Of a stretch of 64,000 bases of DNA, positions 15,001 through 26,688 are shown piece by piece (the first letter of the stretch is position 1; every line of letters begins with the position of its first letter). Source of the DNA: Adineta vaga (Eukaryota > Animalia > Rotifera); the NCBI GenBank assembly GCA_021613535.1, contig CP075495.1:15314001-15378000 (forward strand), written 5' to 3'. A model generated the notes under the pieces. That model made no database searches and was not told the DNA's origin. It saw nothing but the letters and a program-made list of their open reading frames with translations. The position numbers were made by a program, and so were the translations under genes.

Positions 15001-18000
15001 TCATGAACATGAAATAATTTATAAGCAAAATTTTCTGTTAATATAAACTTTGTTTCATTCATAATTTGAATGAAATCTTCATATTTAATATCGATTAACC
15101 ACGATAAACATTTCGCATAATAATCTTTACCTCGAAATTCTGGTCCAGAAAACGGATTTTCATTATGAAATAATTGTTTTAATGGTCGTGAAACATGATT
15201 CCAATCATCATGTAATAAATGCAAAGCAAAATATGGATCATAAACAAGATAAATTCGTGGATAATTTCTAATACTGAAGTCAATTTGAGAAAGAGATTTT
15301 GCTTCATTGATCATTTGTTTTAAAGCAGTTGAACCAAGAGTTTTATCTAACATATTATAACGATAAAAATGACCGGTAAAAAATTTCGCTCGACGATATA
15401 AAAATTTCGTAAAGGAAAGTTCGGAAATTTTATTTCGTGGTAATTCTGGTGCATATTTTTTAATACAATCATAAATATAATGACGACATTCATCTGGATC
15501 GGTTAGTTTGTCGAAATCAACAGGTTGATCTTCACCATTTGATTTCACAATACATTGACGATCAATAGTTTGATTTTCATAAGCTTTTAAAAATCGAGCA
15601 ACTAATTCTTCTTCTTCTCCGATGAATAATTGATAATTTTCATTCGTAATTTCATCTAACGTATTTGATGAAATGATCGATAAAATTGGTAAAATTCGAT
15701 CGAAATTTTCTTTTATTGTCATTTGATATTGATCTGTATGAGGAATTTCTATAAAAAATTTCCATTGTTTATTTTCCGGTAATGAAAATGTAAGACCAGT
15801 TGTATTATCTGTTAATGCTCCACTAATAAATAAGGAAAGTAGAGTACGATTCAGTTGTTCAAATGGTGCATGAATTGATATATTAAATGAAACAGATGGA
15901 TTCGTTTCATTTGAATTTCTTGAATCAAATGAAAGAAATGAACTAATTAACATTGATAAATTTAAAGTATCATTAATACTAAAACAAGATGTTTCAGATT
16001 TTTTATATTTTGTATTGATTCGATGTGTTTTACCTAATGAAAATTAAATGAAGATTACGGAAATGAAAAAATAAGAAATGAATTTACCAATTCCAGCTTT
16101 TCCACAAATGATTTGAATTTGTGATTGTATCCAATTATTTTGTTGAAATAATCGTGTTATTTGTGTATATGTATGATAAGGATGACGAAATCTAGGTGGA
16201 ATATGAAATAATCTTAAACCTTTTCGACTTATTGTTAATTCTTTTGAAAAATAATAAACAGTTCCATGTGGTTGTTCGAATTTTGTTAATTCTTCTTGTT
16301 CTTTTAGAAGAATTTCACGAAGACGATGATGCATTTTATCGATATCCATAATAACAAATATTAAATGTCGAAAGATTCGTATACGAAGAAAAAATAATCG
16401 AATATCATCTTCATTTACAATTGAACACCATAGAATTTGATAAACCGATGGTAAACGATCAGCAAAGAGATTTAAAAGAACACAACAAGTATCAAGATCA
16501 AAATCATGTTCAATAGATGTTTGTTCAGATGGATGTGCCCGTGTAGAATGAATTGTAACAAGATATTGTTGATTTTCATTCGTTGTTTTATTTCTTTCGA
16601 ATAATTCTCTTCCATTATTAAAGATTTTTTTTAAAAATTCAGATAATTGTTCTAGACCGGTTTTTGCTGGTGAATTTGGTTCAATTTTATAAATTTCATA
16701 AAGACGTTGAACATTTGCTTCTGATAAATCACAATTATTAATTTTTAAAGAACGTAAATAATGTATTAAACATTGAATTGTTAATTGTAATTCTTTATCT
16801 TTATTTTTAGAAATATCTTTTGATAATGAGAATTTTTCGAGAAAATGACATTTAATTTGATTTTGTCGTGTTGATGTTGTTAAAAGAATGATAAGAATCA
16901 TTATTTGACGATTACAAAATAAATTAACTAGATGATTATGTTGTCGATATTCAACTAAATTTTGTATCCACATATCATAACTTGTTTTTAATGCACGATA
17001 AATTAATTCTAAATTATCTGTACGTGTTTTCACAGCACGTTTTAATCGATCTTCTCGTATACGATGATCATCTCTTAATTCGGAAAGTATTTGATCGATT
17101 TCACCTGAAACGATAAAAAGCTTTTAGTGCTATTGCTTCGGGATTGAAAACGTGAAACACGATAGATCTGTTTTTATTGATAGTGAGGATGAATGTGGGC
17201 TATTCTCATCCACGTCCAAACCCTCAAAGTGGTCCAAATGTCTGCTCATAAACACTTCAACACTCTCTTTCAGATCGTGTTTCACAAAACAATAAGAATT
17301 AAAGTAATTGTTCATTAATTTGTTTTGTTTTTCTTACCTGATCGATCGGATATTTCATAATCTTCTTCTCTCACTTGATATTCAGGATGTCCAGCTGTTT
17401 CTAATTTACAAAGAATATGAAAAATATTTTCAACAATTTTTAATAATTTTAATTGTTCATTTAATAGAATCTTTTTATAGAACATATTTTCTTGAAGATC
17501 AACATTACAAAATGTTAATTGACGTTTATGATCATCAATATCACTTTTTGTCAAAGTAAATTTCAATACTTCAGATCGATTATATTCATCATCATCATCA
17601 TCAGTTTCATTTGGAAGTTTTTTAATTGAATATCCAATTTCGAAAAAAGATTGTTCATTAAGTAAACGTCGAAGATATATTTTAACTGTTCCTGTTCTAT
17701 ATAAATGTTCCATTGTTATTAAGGCATTATCTAATACTGTTGTTTCTTCAGCTGATAACCACATTTTAATAATTTGTGCATTTTCATTAACAACTAAGAA
17801 GAGAACGAAAAAGATTTTTCTTTTAGAATTTCAAATTAGATTACTTTGCATATGTTTAACTGAATGTTCTTCAAAATTTGATAATCTTGCAATACGATCA
17901 ATAAATTCATCAAAAGTTTTTGCTTGATGAACAAATGGTTCACATAAAGCATAAGCAATAATCCATGAATTTAAAATCATATTATTACGTTCTTGTAATT

Positions 18001-21000
18001 GAAATTGTGTTGTTAAATTATCTCGTAATTCTTGAAATCTTCTTCGACCATGTGGAGAATAAAGATCAGATTTTTTCATAATTTCAATAATTAATGAACA
18101 TTCCGAAGCTGTTTTAATCAATTGTAAATGTTGACTTGAAAGACTTTGAAATTGTTGTTTTAAAATATTATATGCTTGAGTTATTTCTCTTAATGAACAA
18201 TTTTCATCTCGTAAACGTTTTAAATGATTAATAAATTCATCATCATTATCATTGGATAAAATATCAAATTTTTCAATACAATCAATAATAATATTAATAT
18301 GACTATAATATTGATAAATTTGAAGCCATTCACAAACTTGTTCAATTTCTTGATCAGTTGGAATTGTTGTTAAATGTTGTCGATTATTATCTGATGAACG
18401 ATTTGTAAAAAGTTTTTTTACTTCTTCACGTATTCGAATATTTTTATCACAAAATATTGTTTTTAAATCTGTCATTTCTCTTAAACTAACACTACCATTT
18501 AAAACTTGATCAATAAATTTAAAAACTTTATCAAGTAATTCACTAATATCCTTTTCTTTTATTGTTTCTATTGATCCTTTATGATACGATTGATAAAACA
18601 TATGAAATATTCCATTAAATAAATGACAAGTTGATAATGGTTTTTCAATGATTCGATACCAAATCGTTCGTGGATTATGAAGACGTTCATTATCAATTCG
18701 AATGATTAATTCACCGGCTCGTTGTGTTTCAAATTCTCCTTGTAAAACATATTTTTCAATTGAAACATCTTTCTTGTCAAACAAACGACCAATATCACCT
18801 TGTACTTCTGATGATTGATATTCAATATGAATATTACATGGATGTTTATCACTTGCAATCGACCATTGAACATGTTGACGATCGTGAATAGGAAACGGAT
18901 TTATGATATTTGATTTTGCGGGTACAGGAAAAGAATTATTTGGTTGAAGTCGTTTTAATTCACGAATATAATTTGTTGAATCCATTTGAATATTCAACAT
19001 ACCCGAATCAATCACTTGAAATGGTGATAAACAATTAAATAAATGACAAAGTCGTCGAAGATCAGTAAAAACTCGAAGAATTTTTAATGTTCGTTCAACA
19101 ATTGTCTTCATATGAAGTAGAGGAATAGATGATTGACTTTCTTTTGCATTGCAAATTTCACGAAGTAATTGAGCAGTTCCTTCAACATTGCAATTTCTAA
19201 GCCATTCAATAATATGTAATGAAATTGTTAAGAATTTATCAAACCATTGTAACCAATCATTAATTTGTTCAATAAATTGTTGGAAATATTTTTCTTCGGA
19301 ATTATTTAATTCGATGTTGACATCTTTTGGGATAGGAGAGAGAAATGATTCGATTTTTGGTGGAATAGAAGGAAATTTATAATGTTGTGGATTGATTGTT
19401 TTAAATATTTGTTCGAGATCGGAATTGACAAGAAAAGAATATGCAATGGTACGATTGAGTAGATCACGATATGTTAAACAAGATTCTAAAAGGAAAGAAA
19501 TGGATTTATTAAATTTATCTTTTTTTTATTGAAAATAAAATAGACCTTGTAAAAGTAAGATCTTTTGAATTGATTTTTGTCCATTTGCCATGAATTCATC
19601 TACTTGTTTTATATCTATTGGATACATTTGTTCTTGTCGAATATTTTCGATAAAATAAATGATTGATTCAATATTAGGAAGTGATAAAATTGATTTATTT
19701 GATTTAATAATATAGAATTCAAATAGATTGATAACTAAAATAATTGTTAAAGTATCAGAACTTTGATAAATATCATGTTGAACTACTTTCATCCATTCAT
19801 TTAATTTAAATAGTGCCTCATCTGCATTCTCTGTTCTTGATTTGAGAATACTTAAATGTATTATTCTATTCCATATGTAAATTGTCCATCGATTATTATG
19901 ATGATGATCACATAAAGATTGGTAAGTATTTACATATAAATTTTGTGTAAAATCTTCAGGAATACGTAGAAGAAAATCTTCTAACCAGTCATCACGAATG
20001 ATCGATTCTGGATCATTGTTTTCACATAAATTTTGATCGAAATCATTTAAATTACGAAAAAGATTTTTAATTTTGTCAATTTTATTCATTGATCCAGTAT
20101 TTATTTGAAATAATAAACGACGAAGAATGAGTAAATAAGCTGGTTGATGTAAATCATGTGTTGTTGACATATCAAGACCAATAGCCAAAAGTTTTTTAAG
20201 ATCTGATTCTATATATTGATAAGAGTACTGCTCATTATTCAATTGTTTATTGATAAAACTATCGAATATTTTTTCATATATTTTTAGAAAACGTGAACGA
20301 TACTCTTCTTTAATTTTTGGTATACATTCGCTGGCAAATCTTGTATAACGTACAAAGTTACTGATACTTGTATTCATTGTGCGACTCGTAAGTTTAAAAG
20401 TGAGATGTTTTTGAATAATTTCATTCATTTCACTATCTGTTGATATTCGAAGAAATATCGCCCACAAATCATCAATATCGACACTTGTAGAATAAATTGA
20501 AAAATAAAGATCGAATAGTGACTCGTGACGACCAAGTAAACATAACAAACCACTAATTTGTGGAAATGTAAATGACTTTTGTTTTACACCATTCTCAAAC
20601 ATTGGTCGAAATTGTTCAAAAAATTCATCGACTTTCAAATTTAATATTTTACAAAGACGGAAGTAAATATTAAAAGGTGACTCAGAAGATTGTTTTGGAA
20701 TTGGATTTTTACTGAGAAGTTCAATAAATCCTGATAAATTGAATGGAAATTCTCGAAATGCTAATTCATAATCAATATATTTAGCGATAAAATCTTGTAA
20801 AGATATTTTATAATCTTGTACATTGAATATGATCTGTTTCCATTGTAGATTATCTTCTAATAAATAAGATGATTGTAATGATAATTTAGCTAGAGCAAGA
20901 AATAAGGGCATTGTTTGTATATCGACTTTAGTTATTGACATTAAATGTTGATTAATATCGAGTTTTCTCAATTGATTTCTGTCTGTTATTGATAAATTTG

Positions 21001-21550
21001 GTTGCAAACCTTTTTCTTTCACAAAAACTTGTGATAATAATTCGAATAATTTTTCTTTGAATTTTTTCAAATTGTCTTGATAACCCCATTTCCGATATAC
21101 TGAGTTTTTAATAATTGCCAGATATTCTTCGATTCGACGATACATATATAAATATGAATCAATGCGACTTGAGAATTTTTTCTGTAATTCATCGGTTGTT
21201 AGACTACTCATTATGCATTGAATAATAAAATCTACATCATTTGAAAACGATTTATTCTCATCAGCTTGATTTGCTTGATCGAAATTTTCAAAACGGGCCA
21301 GCACAGCATCATAAAATGATACACCTTCACTGTCTTCATCAAATACATTGCTAATACATACAGCCGATCCAGTCAATTTTTCTTTGCCAGAGAAAATTTC
21401 GTAGAACTTTTCATTAAACCCATTGAAATATTTGTTTTTAAATGTCACAAATATCTTAAATTAAACAAGAAAAAAATACTTCTAAACCTTGACACTTTTC
21501 ACAGATGGGCTTAAGAAGAAATGAAAGATTTGTGTTATGAAAGAATGCAT
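3094..21550 (-). CDS. Giant RNF213/mysterin-like AAA+ ATPase (~16 exons, ~5,800 aa est.) with GOLD-like domain and C-terminal tandem ubiquitin-like domains
   Basis: Consecutive minus-strand ORFs joined by short GT-AG introns, in frame where checked; P-loops GKAGI/GKT (split by intron ~16035-16087), GDTGVGKT (14943-14966), GAP/GQSKT (split by intron ~13155-13209); Walker B VVFFDEVNT and FLDEASL; FTAAINP, VSQREIQR, ANRAFDAANANR, RDF, PFLSRFQK; start ATG 21550 needs a 33-nt first intron (uncertain). Confidence 0.85.
17152..17285. mobile_element. Small inverted-repeat (MITE-like) element inside the longest intron of the RNF213-like gene
   Basis: gtgaaacacgat(aga t)ctg at 17152-17170 vs cagatcgtgtttcac at 17271-17285; intron ~230 nt versus ~55 nt for the others. 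Confidence 0.5.
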
Positions 21551-22704
21551 GCCGTCGATGAAGAAAAAAACCCAGTCTTTTTCTTTCTTTCTTCCAACAG
21601 AAAGGAAAATAAAAAACACAAACTCGACTTTCCGTTGAAATTCTATATTTCACGTTATTGTAAAATAAACTTTCATATGTATGGTTTTATTGCTGTCATT
21701 CTCTAAAGTTTCTTATGAAAAAATGTATCTATATATCATTTATGATATGTTTCGAAGAGTAACGAAAAACAATGTTGTTCTTTCAATGTGAAATGTGAAT
21801 TTTTACTGTTGACTTCATTTCTTATCGCAAAGCGGCGCATTAGAGAAAGAAAAAATATTCTTGACATGACTCATCAACTGCAGCTAGGGAAGTTTTATTC
21901 TCCAGGAAAATGGTAATAAAATAATCAGTTTATTTGAACTATAAATAATGAAGAACATTTTGTTGAGAAATGAATTATACTTAACATAATCCATCAAATT
22001 AGGCTGAGCATTTTGAAAATTCTTAATTGTGGATAAATTAGTTGGTTCTTATCACAATCAAATGATGTTACTCGTTATAAACATTGAATTAAATCGAATT
22101 TTTTGATCGCCTACAAAATAAATCGTTTTTATTAAAACTGATTGGAACAACAACCTGAAACACTTTGCATTGAAGCTAAACGTTTACATTCTTTATCATA
22201 CAATTTTTTTGTCTTGATAGAACGACGGATCTGTGTATATAAACATGCTGGTTAGAACTAATAGAAACCGTAACTATCTATCAATCAAGATAACGAAATT
22301 TCATAATGTCTACATAAGACAATTCATTGTCGATCGAATGGAAAAAACTTTATTGATCAATCTGTATCTTTCGCTTTAATTTTTATTTGTTTGAGAGTAA
22401 GCGTGGGCGTCATTATTTCATGTACACACGTCTCACTCGCATTTTTGTATGTTGCATTGAATAGATAGTCAAATAATAAAATATTTATCTAAATGCAATA
22501 TGTCATGATTACTTGCCAAGTGTTACGTGTTCTTCTAAATTAGAACATGGTCGAATGTCTTACAAAACATAATCTATGCGCGAAAAGAATAAGTATATTT
22601 ATGTTGTGATCTTAACAAAAAACGAAAGATGACATTTATACAATCGCGTTCTCAATCCTTTCATATCTTTATTGTAGATATTGTCGTTGACAATCAAATT
22701 CAAA

Positions 22705-23988
22705 ATGTATTGCAGGCTCTGTGTACTTTATTTCTTTACTTTGATTCTAAATGGAATTGCTTTGAAAGAAGTTGATTCCAATGTTCGAAAACAAAAGACA
22801 ATTGATAATAATTTATTGGAACGATTGCGTGCAATGCAAACTGAATTGAATGTAATTCGCCATGATATTCACGCTCATCCAGAAACAGCAATGAAAGAAA
22901 TACGTACTTCTGCATTGGTCGCTGTTAAACTTAAACAATGGGGTATCAATGTTACTGAAAAAGTAGGTAAGATGGGTGTAGTCGGTACATTGAAGAGTGA
23001 TGAACTAGGCTATGGTTCGATCGGTTTACGTGCCGACATGGATGCTCTTGAAATTAATGAACAAAATAATCTACCGTATATTTCCACAATTCCTGGTCTC
23101 ATGCATGCTTGTGGCCATGATGGACATACTACAATGTTGCTAGGTGCAGCTAAATATCTAGCAGAACATCGAGATTCATTTCGTGGAACTGTTCATTTTA
23201 TCTTTCAGCCAGCCGAGGAAAAAGAGAATGGTGCCTTAACCATGATCAATGATGAACTTTTTGATCGATTTCCAATGGATGCAATCTACGGATTACATAA
23301 TTCTGCAGGTATTTCTGTTGGACAGTTTGCTACACGATCGGGTCCATATATGGCAGCGTCTGGAACTTGGATTGTGACGTTTCGAGGTACTGGTGGTCAC
23401 GGTGCAACACCACACTTAGCTACCGATGTTACTATACTACTAGCACAATTCATTGTCTCATTACAAACTATCGTTAGTCGTAATGTTGCACCAATGGATG
23501 CAGCGGTCATCAGCGTAGGTGTTATCCAAAGTGGTTCCTTTAGTTCATTGAATGTCTTACCATCGGAAATTCGTGTTGGTGGTACTACACGTAGTTATAC
23601 GAGAGAGGTACGTGATACAATCGAACGACGGATACAAGAACTGGCACAGGGTCTTGCTACTAGTTTTGGATGTACTGCTGAAGTGGTATTCCATCGAAAA
23701 GGATCTCCACTTGTCAATGATTTGCTGTCCACGCAGAGAGCTATTAAAGTAGCTGAAACTCTCGTGGGTCCTGAAAACGTCGATGGAAACGCAGCACCAA
23801 TAATGAGTTCAGAAGATTTTGCTGAATTCCTTGTAAAAAAAGCGGGTGCCTTCATTTCTATGGGAATTGGAAATCGAAATGGTGAACTCCATTCACCAAC
23901 ATACAACTTCAATGATAATGCAACTATTTTCGGTGTGGGCTACTGGGTAAGTCTTGTGCAACAAGAACTGCATACATCTAAATTGTGA
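22705..23988 (+). CDS. M20D amidohydrolase (hippurate hydrolase/Acy1-like), intronless, N-terminal signal peptide; HGT candidate
   Basis: RHDIHAHPE, LRADMDAL, MHACGHDGH, FQPAEE, GLHN, GTGGHGA, SEDFA, LHSPTYNFND; first ATG 22705 followed by hydrophobic leader. Confidence 0.92.
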   Translation: MYCRLCVLYFFTLILNGIALKEVDSNVRKQKTIDNNLLERLRAMQTELNVIRHDIHAHPETAMKEIRTSALVAVKLKQWGINVTEKVGKMGVVGTLKSDELGYGSIGLRADMDALEINEQNNLPYISTIPGLMHACGHDGHTTMLLGAAKYLAEHRDSFRGTVHFIFQPAEEKENGALTMINDELFDRFPMDAIYGLHNSAGISVGQFATRSGPYMAASGTWIVTFRGTGGHGATPHLATDVTILLAQFIVSLQTIVSRNVAPMDAAVISVGVIQSGSFSSLNVLPSEIRVGGTTRSYTREVRDTIERRIQELAQGLATSFGCTAEVVFHRKGSPLVNDLLSTQRAIKVAETLVGPENVDGNAAPIMSSEDFAEFLVKKAGAFISMGIGNRNGELHSPTYNFNDNATIFGVGYWVSLVQQELHTSKL

Positions 23989-24438
23989 CTTAATAATAAT
24001 GATTTTCATAATCAATAAAACCATATAAATCACTTTTCACATTAGAAAAGACTGTTTTTCGAAGCATTATCATTCTAAGGTTACAATCGAATATGTAATA
24101 ACTGAAGAGACCGTAATAGGATGAAATATATGTGTGACTATATGATAGAGTCAAAAGGATAAGTATTATCAAGGAAGTTAATAACAACTACAAAACGATG
24201 CATCTTTCATTTTAATCTTGCTGAAGACAAATCGAATAAAACGTTCTACATTCATAGTAATTTGTCGAACATTAGACTGATACTCTTATAATAGAGAATA
24301 AAAAGCATATCATGATGAAAATGAAAAGTAATGTTGTCTTATCAAACATAAACGAAAATATAGCTGACAGGTGTGATAGTTAAGTAAAAGAATAGATACT
24401 TTCATATCATAAAATCAAAATAGTGCTCTCTGTTGTAC

Positions 24439-25377
24439 ATGGACAAGATGTTCTCAAATGCAGATGATGAAAATATTGTTATCGGAAATGATTCTAATTT
24501 TTGGCGTTATTCGAGTAAAAATGGATTTGATCTAACTCGACAGGGTGATCATTCTCTTCGTTTACAGACAACAACTCAACCTATTAAAATTGATCCAACA
24601 CGTACAGCACTAGTCATTATTGACATGCAAAATTTTTTCTTACATCCCGTTGTACGTTCGCACAATACAGGTCTTGCTGCATGTGAACGACTTCTTCAAT
24701 TTGCTATCCCTGCAGCACGCAAAGCTGGTATTCAAATTATTTGGCTCAATTGGGGTCTAACGGAAGAAGATGTCGATCAAGCTCCACCATCGTTAAAACG
24801 AGTTTTTGCACGTGGATTAATAACTGAATCAAATAACAGTGGAACATCATCATCAAAACCAATCTATACAGGTATTGGCAGTGAAATGGGCGATGTTACG
24901 TTGTCTAATGGTGAACAGTGGATGGCGGCAGATTATTGATGCGTGATACTTGGAATGCTAATCTTTACGATCCACTTCTCGAAAATTATAAAAATAGTCA
25001 ATTGAGTACAAAACCTGATCAATGGTTTCATAAGGTAAATATATATTACTATTATTGAAAATGACACATTTATTTTTACATATAATTAGAATCGTACTTC
25101 TGGTTTATGGGCTCATGATTCTCCATTACTCGCGTATCTTCACACTAACAAATTTGTTACATTAATCTTTGCTGGTGTTAATACAGATCAATGTGTTTCA
25201 GGCACATTACACGATGCTGATAATAAAGGTTTTGATTGTATTCTACTAACTGATGGATGTGGTACGACTAGTCCATCATTTGCTCGTGAATGTATTGAAT
25301 ACAATTGTGCTCGAGGTGGTGGATTCATTATAGATAGTGAAACATTTGCTAAAAATGTTGATGAATCTTCACACTAG
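24439..25377 (+). CDS. Isochorismatase-family cysteine hydrolase (fungal type), one intron, 1-nt frameshift at ~24919 (possible pseudogene or sequence error)
   Basis: TALVIIDMQNFFL, WLNWG, then after shift DGGRLLMRDTWNA, WFHK / intron ~25034-25089 / NRTSGLW, FAGVNTDQCV, DGCGTTSP; TAG 25375-25377. Confidence 0.85.
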
Positions 25378-25559
25378 TTTTCTTTCTCTATTTGAAATAA
25401 ATTTTAACATTCGAGAATTGTTGACAAACAATCAGCAAGTCAACACACCTTTAAAATGATAAGATTCTTCTCTTTATCTATATTTGTAGAGAGACAAACA
25501 GAAGTTAATATCAATAAATTTTAAATTACTGATAAACTATAATATTTATAAAACATACA

Positions 25560-26576
25560 ATGTCATCTTCACTCTCAGTAACACCAACTCTACCACTTGT
25601 TCATCCTGTTACAAATCCAATTTCAGTAACTTCTGAAGATATTGATACCTATCGTCAAAATGGTTATCATGTTGTACCAAATCTACTTTCTCCCTCTCAA
25701 CTTGAACAATGGCGAACAATAATATTCAATGCTGTACAAGATCGTGCAGATAAAAAATATAAATTTGCAACAGTATCTGAAGAAGATCACACAAATGTCG
25801 ATTTCGAATATTATGATAATGTTTTTACACAACGTGTTAATCTATGGCAAACACATTCATCTGTTAAGGAATTATTATTGGCAAGTGGTTCAGTTATTGG
25901 TAAAATTGCTGCTGAATTAGAAGGAATTGATTGTATTCGAATTTGGCATGATCAAGCATTGATTAAAGAACCATTTGCAAATCCAACTGCTTGGCATTTA
26001 GATGTTCCTTATTGGTCATTTACTTCTTTACATGCAATTAGTGTTTGGATAGCATTAGATGATGCAACATTAGAAAATGGTTGTATGTATTTCATGCCAC
26101 AATCACATAAAGTATTGATATGATATTTATTTTGATAAAATTGAAAAGTAAATCTTTCTTTAGATTACTGAACATCGTTTTAATGAATCGAATAAAACAT
26201 TTCCTGAAATCAAAATTGGTAAAAATCTTTCTGATATATTTACAATCTATCCTGAACTGATGAAATATCCAACCGTACCTGTACCAATGAAAGCAGGAAG
26301 TGTTTCATTTCATAGTGGTCATTTAATTCATGGTGCAGGTGCAAATATGACATCAGGACGAAGAGCAGCAATGACAATTCAAATGTAAGATTTTTTAATA
26401 GACATAGAAAAAAGAAATATGAAGAGTTTTATTTTGATATAAGGATGCCTGATAATATGATTTTTAATGGTAGACAAAATATTCTAACAGAAGAACAAAT
26501 GGATCAATTAGAAATAGGTGTTTCAATTTTCAATGATGATAATCAAAATCCAATTCTATATAGAAAAACGAATTGA
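25560..26576 (+). CDS. Phytanoyl-CoA dioxygenase (PhyH) family 2OG-Fe(II) oxygenase, 3 exons; HGT candidate
   Basis: RIWHDQALIKEP, TAWHLD (HxD), WIALDDATLENGCMYF, FHSGHLIHGAGAN, RRAAMT; introns ~26112-26163 and ~26384-26443; TGA 26574-26576. Confidence 0.9.
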
Positions 26577-26688
26577 ATAAACGTTAGTACTTTTAAATAT
26601 TGATGATGTAAGTGTGTTCTTGATCTCACACTCACATCTTCCTACAATTATCATTTCAATATAAGTTCGTTTTTTTTCTTCTAAAAAA

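Noticed and set aside
3522-21706. Small overlapping or antisense ORFs inside the giant gene (e.g. 3522-3779, 5660-5944, 10638-10892, 12722-12922)
   Set aside because: Alternative-frame by-products of AT-rich coding DNA, no motifs
24905-24925. Programmed ribosomal frameshift
   Set aside because: No slippery heptamer or evident downstream structure
22705-26576. Bacterial contaminant or intact bacterial operon
   Set aside because: Two of the three genes have spliceosomal introns and they look to have different donors; flanks are host-like
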